Part shown: in pieces, positions 58,936 through 64,000 of the stretch
How the letters are laid out: each line of letters starts with the position of its first letter
Position numbering within the stretch: position 1 is the stretch's first letter
NCBI GenBank assembly: GCA_965223905.1
Contig: CBDCXV010000001.1
Coordinates: 192,001 to 256,000 of the forward strand
DNA: 64,000 bases
Direction: 5' to 3'
Source of the DNA: Candidatus Latescibacterota bacterium
GTDB lineage: Bacteria > Latescibacterota > UBA2968 > UBA8231
The notes under the pieces: generated by a model
The model's database searches: none
What the model was told of the DNA's origin: nothing
The model's input: the letters and a program-made list of their open reading frames with translations, nothing else
Program-made: the position numbers and the translations under genes

Positions 58936-59523
58936 CTACGGCTTGCTGGCAAGCAGCTGGACCACGGCCTCGCGCCTTCCGCTTTCAACCTCGTTCTCCA
59001 CCTCGGCAAAATGCAGCAGTTCCCAGCCGGCAAACGCGCGCCGCAATTCCTCCGGATCGACGAGGTGGTCGGAATTGCTCGGGCCCCAGCCGAATTTCGC
59101 CTGGGCCTTCGCATAGGTTTGAAACAGGAAATGGCCGCCGCACTTGAGCGCGGCCCTGACAGATGGGAAAAGCGCCGGTTCGTGGAAGTAGAGGTTCGTC
59201 ACGAGATCCCATTTCTCCACACCGGCGTCGAAGGACAGCAGGTCGGCTGCAATCGTCTCGACTCCGACGCCTCGTTCGCCTGCAAGTCGGCGGCACCACG
59301 CCAATCCCGCGGGGGAGATGTCGACGGCGGTCACCGCGAACCCCTGTTCCGCCAGATAGACGGCGTTCCTGCCGGCTCCCGCGGCCAGGCACAGGGCGCG
59401 TCCCGGCTTCAGTTCCCCAACCGCCTGCACGAGAAACGGCACCGGCTCCCGGTTGGGCTCGAATCCGTCCGCCCTGTACCGGGATTCCCATTTCTCCTTG
59501 GGGGACGGTGACTGGCGTGTCAT
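58936..59523 (-). CDS. Class I SAM-dependent methyltransferase (TehB-like)
   Basis: WESRY, ALCLAAGAGRNAVYLA, AVDIS. Confidence 0.88.
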   Translation of the reverse strand: MTRQSPSPKEKWESRYRADGFEPNREPVPFLVQAVGELKPGRALCLAAGAGRNAVYLAEQGFAVTAVDISPAGLAWCRRLAGERGVGVETIAADLLSFDAGVEKWDLVTNLYFHEPALFPSVRAALKCGGHFLFQTYAKAQAKFGWGPSNSDHLVDPEELRRAFAGWELLHFAEVENEVESGRREAVVQLLASKP

Positions 59524-59526
59524 ATT

Positions 59527-60822
59527 GTGAAAACCTTCAATACCACTGCTTCAGGAGATAGTCCCTTGGCCGCCAACCAGGCAACCATACACTCCCGCGC
59601 CTTCTACGGCGACGAGGAAATCACCCTGACCTTTCCCGAGGGATGGGAGGTCACCGTGCTCGCTCCCGATGTGGCCCCCGCTCTCGGGGAATCCCAGCGC
59701 CGAGCGGCCTTCGACCAGCCGATCGGGACGCCGCGGATCGCCGACATGGCGCGCGGAAAAAAGAGCGCCGCCATCGTCGTCGACGATCTCAGCCGGCCGA
59801 CCCCGGCCAGCGAGCTGATCCCCTCGATACTGCGCGAACTGTCCGAAGCCGGCGTTCCAGCGGGTGAGATCCGCTTCGTCGTCGGTTGCGGCTCGCACCG
59901 GCCCCTGACCAGGGAAGAGATGGCCCTGAAAGTCGGTGCCGACATCGTCCGCGACTTTCCCGTCACCTGTCACAACTTCATGAGCGGAAAGCTGCGCGGC
60001 ATGGGCAACCTCGAAGACGGCACACCCGTCTTCATCGATCCGGTCGTCGCCGCTGCCGAGTTCAAGATCTGTCTCGGAGGCCTCTACCCGCACGGTTCGA
60101 TGGGATTCGGCGGCGGTTCCAAGCTGATTCTCCCCGGCATCTCGGGATTCGCGACGATGTTCTGCTTCCACACCTTCTACCCCGGTCGCGGCCATGCGGT
60201 CATCGATAATCACGGGGATCAACGCGACGGGAGAGATGTCTCCGAAGAGGTCGCCCGCCTTGCCGGGCTCGACGTCATCGTCAATGCCGTGCTCAATCAA
60301 AAACGCGAAGTGGCCGGGCTGTTCGTCGGTGATTTCGTCGCCGCCCACCGCAAGGCAGCGGCGTTCGCCAGGAAAACCTACGCGACTTCCATCCCGGAGC
60401 AGGTGCGGCGCCAGACCGATCTGCTCGTAGTCAACTGCTACCCCCTCGACTCCGACCCGATCCAGACCGGCAAGGCGTTTTGGCCGCGGCGGTACTTCGA
60501 CCGCACCTACACGGTCGCCATCAACCCCGCCTGCGACGGAATCTCCTACCACGGCCTGTACGACCGCCTGAACTACGAGCGCTTCCTGGAGAAGGAAAAG
60601 TCCCGGCCTGCGGCTGAATTCCCGCCTCCCCGAATCGGCAAACCGGACCAGGCACTGGTCTGGTCGGAGCATTTTCCCGTTGCGGATTTCTACGAAAGAC
60701 ATCCTCAGGACGTCCTCTTCCGCGATTGGGAAGAACTGTTGTCACAGCTTGCGGCCAAGCTGCCGGGCAACGCTCGGGTGGCCCTGTTCCCGTTCGCCAG
60801 CATCCAGGTCCTCGCCGACTGA
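59527..60822 (+). CDS. LarA (lactate racemase/DUF2088) superfamily protein
   Basis: PIGTP, VVDDLSRPTP, GSHR, PH..GFGGGSKLILPG. Confidence 0.82.
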   Translation: MKTFNTTASGDSPLAANQATIHSRAFYGDEEITLTFPEGWEVTVLAPDVAPALGESQRRAAFDQPIGTPRIADMARGKKSAAIVVDDLSRPTPASELIPSILRELSEAGVPAGEIRFVVGCGSHRPLTREEMALKVGADIVRDFPVTCHNFMSGKLRGMGNLEDGTPVFIDPVVAAAEFKICLGGLYPHGSMGFGGGSKLILPGISGFATMFCFHTFYPGRGHAVIDNHGDQRDGRDVSEEVARLAGLDVIVNAVLNQKREVAGLFVGDFVAAHRKAAAFARKTYATSIPEQVRRQTDLLVVNCYPLDSDPIQTGKAFWPRRYFDRTYTVAINPACDGISYHGLYDRLNYERFLEKEKSRPAAEFPPPRIGKPDQALVWSEHFPVADFYERHPQDVLFRDWEELLSQLAAKLPGNARVALFPFASIQVLAD

Positions 60823-60912
60823 ACGGAGCCTGCCCGGCAATTCGGCCCAACCAACCGCAAAAACCATCGGGGGATCCAGGCAAGGCAGGGCGCCAAACCG
60901 TAGCAGCGGACG

Positions 60913-61860
60913 CTACTTCCGGTCTCCTGTGCCGTAGCCCCCGTCGAAGAACGTCTTGAGGCCGGGGTGCTCCTGGATGTAGCTCTTGAGCTCGAGCACG
61001 ATGTTCTCCTGCAGCTGAATGCTGAGCCCGCCGTCGACAGGCAGGACCACGCCGGTGATGAAAGCGGCCTCCTCCGAGCAGAGAAAGGAGACCGCGTTGC
61101 CGATGTCCTCCGGCACCCCGGTGCGCCGCACCGGATACTGCAGCTCGTGCAGTCTGAATCCGGCTTCGTTTGCAACCTCCGACCACAGCTTCTCCAGGCC
61201 CTCGGTTACAATGTGTCCCGGGGCAATGGCGTTGACGGTGATTCCGAGCGGCCCGAAGTCGATCGCCATCTGGCGCGTGAGCCCGATTACCGCGGCCTTT
61301 CCGGATTCGTACACCATGGTCCCTGCCGCCTGCAGCAGACCGTGCACGGAGGAGATGTTGACGATGCGGCCAACCTCCATGGGCGGGGGAGAGCCGTGGC
61401 GTAGCCCGCCGCCCGCCCACGGCCCCGGATCGAACCCGGACGGCGGGCCCGAATCCGTCATCGCCGGCACCCCGTACTTGGCGCCGAGGAAATGGGCCAT
61501 CACCAGCAGGTCCATTCCCTTCCGCCAGGAATCGACGTCCACCTCGAGAGCGCTGCCGTCGGAAAATCCGATCACTCCGTAGGCGTTCTGAACGAGAATG
61601 TCGAGGCGTCCGTACTCGTCGACGGCGCGCTCCACCATGCTCCGGGCGACCTCTTCTTTCGATACGTCGCCGCGCATGGAGGACGCCGTACCTCCCGACT
61701 CCCGGATCCGCCCGGCGCTGGCATCAGCTCCGGCCTCGTCGATGTCGACGATGAGGACCTTCGACCCGTCGGCAGCCAGCTTGCGGGCGATTCCGGCGCC
61801 TATTCCGGTAGCCCCACCGGTAACGATGGCTGCCTTGCCCTGGTGTTTCATCTGGTTCAT
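60913..61860 (-). CDS. SDR-family oxidoreductase
   Basis: TGGATGIG, VNISS, YESGK, VNAIAPG, VDGG. Confidence 0.92.
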   Translation of the reverse strand: MNQMKHQGKAAIVTGGATGIGAGIARKLAADGSKVLIVDIDEAGADASAGRIRESGGTASSMRGDVSKEEVARSMVERAVDEYGRLDILVQNAYGVIGFSDGSALEVDVDSWRKGMDLLVMAHFLGAKYGVPAMTDSGPPSGFDPGPWAGGGLRHGSPPPMEVGRIVNISSVHGLLQAAGTMVYESGKAAVIGLTRQMAIDFGPLGITVNAIAPGHIVTEGLEKLWSEVANEAGFRLHELQYPVRRTGVPEDIGNAVSFLCSEEAAFITGVVLPVDGGLSIQLQENIVLELKSYIQEHPGLKTFFDGGYGTGDRK

Positions 61861-62045
61861 GGTCCTTCCCTCCTTTTTGGGTCAAACTGTCCGCTCCTCC
61901 CTGCAGCGGTCAAGCCCTTCGTGGCAACTCCGCCACAGTTTGGTTAGCCTCAAGGTCCCGTTGGACTCATCCTGTCTGTGGCCTCCGCCGGAGAGCTGGC
62001 CGCGTCAACGAGCTTCACTCCATCACCTTCAGCCCGCACGAATCG

Positions 62046-62948
62046 TTGAACACTTCCAGCCGCTTCGCGCCGGTTCTGGCTGCCTCGACCGCCTGCATCC
62101 TGGGCGGAACGATGGCAGTCGCCATGCGCTACCTGGTATCCTCCATCGACCCGGTCACCCTCGCCATTTTCCGCACCGGCGCAGGTGTCCTCTGTCTGTT
62201 GCCGGCGGCCTTGCTGACCCCGGGTCCGCGGTTCGCGCGGCGCGACCTGCTGCCGATTGCCCTCCTTGGAGTGATGTTCTTCGCGCTGTTCGGTCCCGGG
62301 TTCGCGACCGCCCTGAAGTACACCACCGCAACGCGTGCCGCTACCGTAATGGCCCTGGCGCCGATCGTCACCCTGCTGGCTGCGGCGGCGCTCGGGCGCG
62401 AGTCGCTTACGCGCAACAAGCTGCTGGGGGCCCTGCTCTCCATCGCCGGAGTCGCCGTCGTCGTTAGTGAGCCGGCTTCTTCGAACGCTGCCAAGGAAAG
62501 CCTGCGTGGAGACGCGATCGTCCTCGGGCTGGTCTGCCTGATCGCCCTTTTCAACACCTTGAGCCGTCCGTTCCTGCAGCGCTACCCACCGGTTCGCGTA
62601 ACGACCTGCTTCATGGCTTGCGGATGGGTGGCGATGTTCTCGGTATCGCTGGCCGCGGACTGGATCGAGCCGTTCCCGGAGCTTTCGGCCTTTCAATGGC
62701 TCGTTCTCCTCTACCTGGGCACCGTCGTCAGTGCCGTTCCCTCCTTCCTCTACCACTGGGCCCTGGGCAGGATCGAGGCAGGGCAGGTGACGGTGACTCT
62801 GGGGTTGAACCCGATTTCAGCGGCGTTTTTCGGAGTGCTGCTGCTCTCGGAGCCGCTCGCGTGGCAGCTTCTGGCCGGACTCGTGCTGGTTCTGGCGGGG
62901 ATTTATCTTTCCGCCCGCCCGCTGGCGAAGAAACCCTCCCGACCTTAG
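62046..62948 (+). CDS. DMT/EamA-family transporter
   Basis: About 10 TM segments in two EamA-like repeats (LGRE..; LLSE..). Confidence 0.88.
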   Translation: MNTSSRFAPVLAASTACILGGTMAVAMRYLVSSIDPVTLAIFRTGAGVLCLLPAALLTPGPRFARRDLLPIALLGVMFFALFGPGFATALKYTTATRAATVMALAPIVTLLAAAALGRESLTRNKLLGALLSIAGVAVVVSEPASSNAAKESLRGDAIVLGLVCLIALFNTLSRPFLQRYPPVRVTTCFMACGWVAMFSVSLAADWIEPFPELSAFQWLVLLYLGTVVSAVPSFLYHWALGRIEAGQVTVTLGLNPISAAFFGVLLLSEPLAWQLLAGLVLVLAGIYLSARPLAKKPSRP

Positions 62949-62953
62949 CGACC

Positions 62954-64000
62954 GTGCCGGCCAGACCGAATCTGCTGTTCATCATCGCCGACCAGCTGCG
63001 CCACGACTTTCTCGGCTGTTTCGGCGCCCCTTTTATCGATACCCCGAACATTGACCGCATCGCCCGCGAAGGGGTGCTCTACGAACAGGCGTACAGCCCC
63101 CACCCCGTCTGCGTGTCGGCGCGCGTCGCCCTGCTGACCGGCCTGGACGCCGTCAAGACAGGGGTCACCAACAACGGCCAGTTCCTGCGCCCGGATCACG
63201 CCGAAGCAGGTCTGCCTACGTGGCCTCAGATGCTGTCTGCTGCCGGGTATTTCACCAGCGCCATCGGCAAGATGCATTTCTATCCCTGGGATGAGGCGTT
63301 CGGCTTCGACCACCGCGTCATCTGCGAAGACAAGCGCTGGCTGCTGATCCAGGACGACTACTTCCACTTTCTCGCCCGCCACGGCCACCGCAAGTACCAC
63401 GGTAACGAGCACGAGGGGTATCACGAGAACCTCGGGGCGATTGTCAGCCTGCTGCCCTGGGAGTGCTATTGGGATCGCTTCGTAGGTCGCGAGGCAGCGG
63501 GCTTTCTGCGCACATGCCAAAGCAGGCCGTTCGCGGCGATGGTGAGCTTTCCGGGGCCTCACTGCCCGTACGATCCGACCCCGGAATACCTCGCCCGGTT
63601 CGACGAGGCGGACATGCCGGCTGCCGTTCCGGAAGTGGAGGGAGATCACCCCGGGCTCCGCCGCCTCAACATCGAGGGCAACAGGCTGCCCTGGAACGGC
63701 GTCGACTACAGCGAGTTCACCGAGGCGCGCAAGCGCAGGATTCGCGCCCATTACGCGGCGATGGTGAAGCAGATCGACGACCAGGTCGGCGAGATCCTTG
63801 CGGTCCTGGAAGAAAACGGGACTCTCGACGACACGCTGGTTCTGTTCACCTCGGATCACGGAGATTGCCTCGGCGACCACAACCTCATTGGCAAGGGGAT
63901 CTTCTTCGAGGGCAGCTGCCACATTCCGCTCGTCGTCAGCCGCCTCGAAGTGGAGGCGTGCCCCATCGTCCACCGTCTTCGAGCCGCTGCAGCGACCTGG
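62954..64000 (+). CDS. Sulfatase (formylglycine type), partial, runs off the window
   Basis: Translated by hand: MPARPNLLFIIADQLR...TPNIDRIAREG...PVCVSAR.ALLTG, GKMH, PHCPY, TSDHG. Missing from the ORF track because it has no stop in the window. Confidence 0.9.
   Translation, partial: MPARPNLLFIIADQLRHDFLGCFGAPFIDTPNIDRIAREGVLYEQAYSPHPVCVSARVALLTGLDAVKTGVTNNGQFLRPDHAEAGLPTWPQMLSAAGYFTSAIGKMHFYPWDEAFGFDHRVICEDKRWLLIQDDYFHFLARHGHRKYHGNEHEGYHENLGAIVSLLPWECYWDRFVGREAAGFLRTCQSRPFAAMVSFPGPHCPYDPTPEYLARFDEADMPAAVPEVEGDHPGLRRLNIEGNRLPWNGVDYSEFTEARKRRIRAHYAAMVKQIDDQVGEILAVLEENGTLDDTLVLFTSDHGDCLGDHNLIGKGIFFEGSCHIPLVVSRLEVEACPIVHRLRAAAATW

Noticed and set aside
62945-63973. 342-aa minus-strand ORF
   Set aside because: Shadow of the plus-strand sulfatase.
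63940-64000. Possible third frameshift in the sulfatase (another frame reads SSRCSDL)
   Set aside because: The window ends here, so it cannot be evaluated.

Overview
This is a GC-rich bacterial chromosome segment. The gene order and a large secreted protein with dockerin/cohesin-like and FlgD-type tail motifs suggest the FCB group (Latescibacterota/Gemmatimonadota-like); this is an inference. Most of the window is core genes: rpmI-rplT-pheS-pheT-zapB-zapA-rny-ymdB-xseA-xseB-recN-pgsA, surE, accD, exbB-exbD-exbD-tonB, nrdR-nrdJ, map, topA, thyA, pheA, tRNA-Cys and tRNA-Leu. One intact IS630 and several accessory catabolic genes are also present. The best candidate for an undescribed system is the membrane operon at 33137-41481. 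It encodes a 1477-aa fusion of an apparently inactive M28-peptidase fold, a prealbumin-like domain and a MacB/FtsX permease, followed by two OPT-like polytopic membrane proteins. It has no ABC ATPase, sits divergent from an ECF sigma/anti-sigma pair, and is followed by a TPR-ExbB-ExbD-ExbD-TonB unit with no receptor in the window. Other notable items are a XerC-like protein lacking most catalytic residues, NrdR-box-like sites at nrdJ and topA, a WecA/TagO + P-loop kinase + NupC operon, degenerate IS630-related repeats, an unlisted 42-aa ORF at the IS target, and two frameshifted transporter genes that may be assembly errors. All family calls come from motif recognition by eye, not from database searches.
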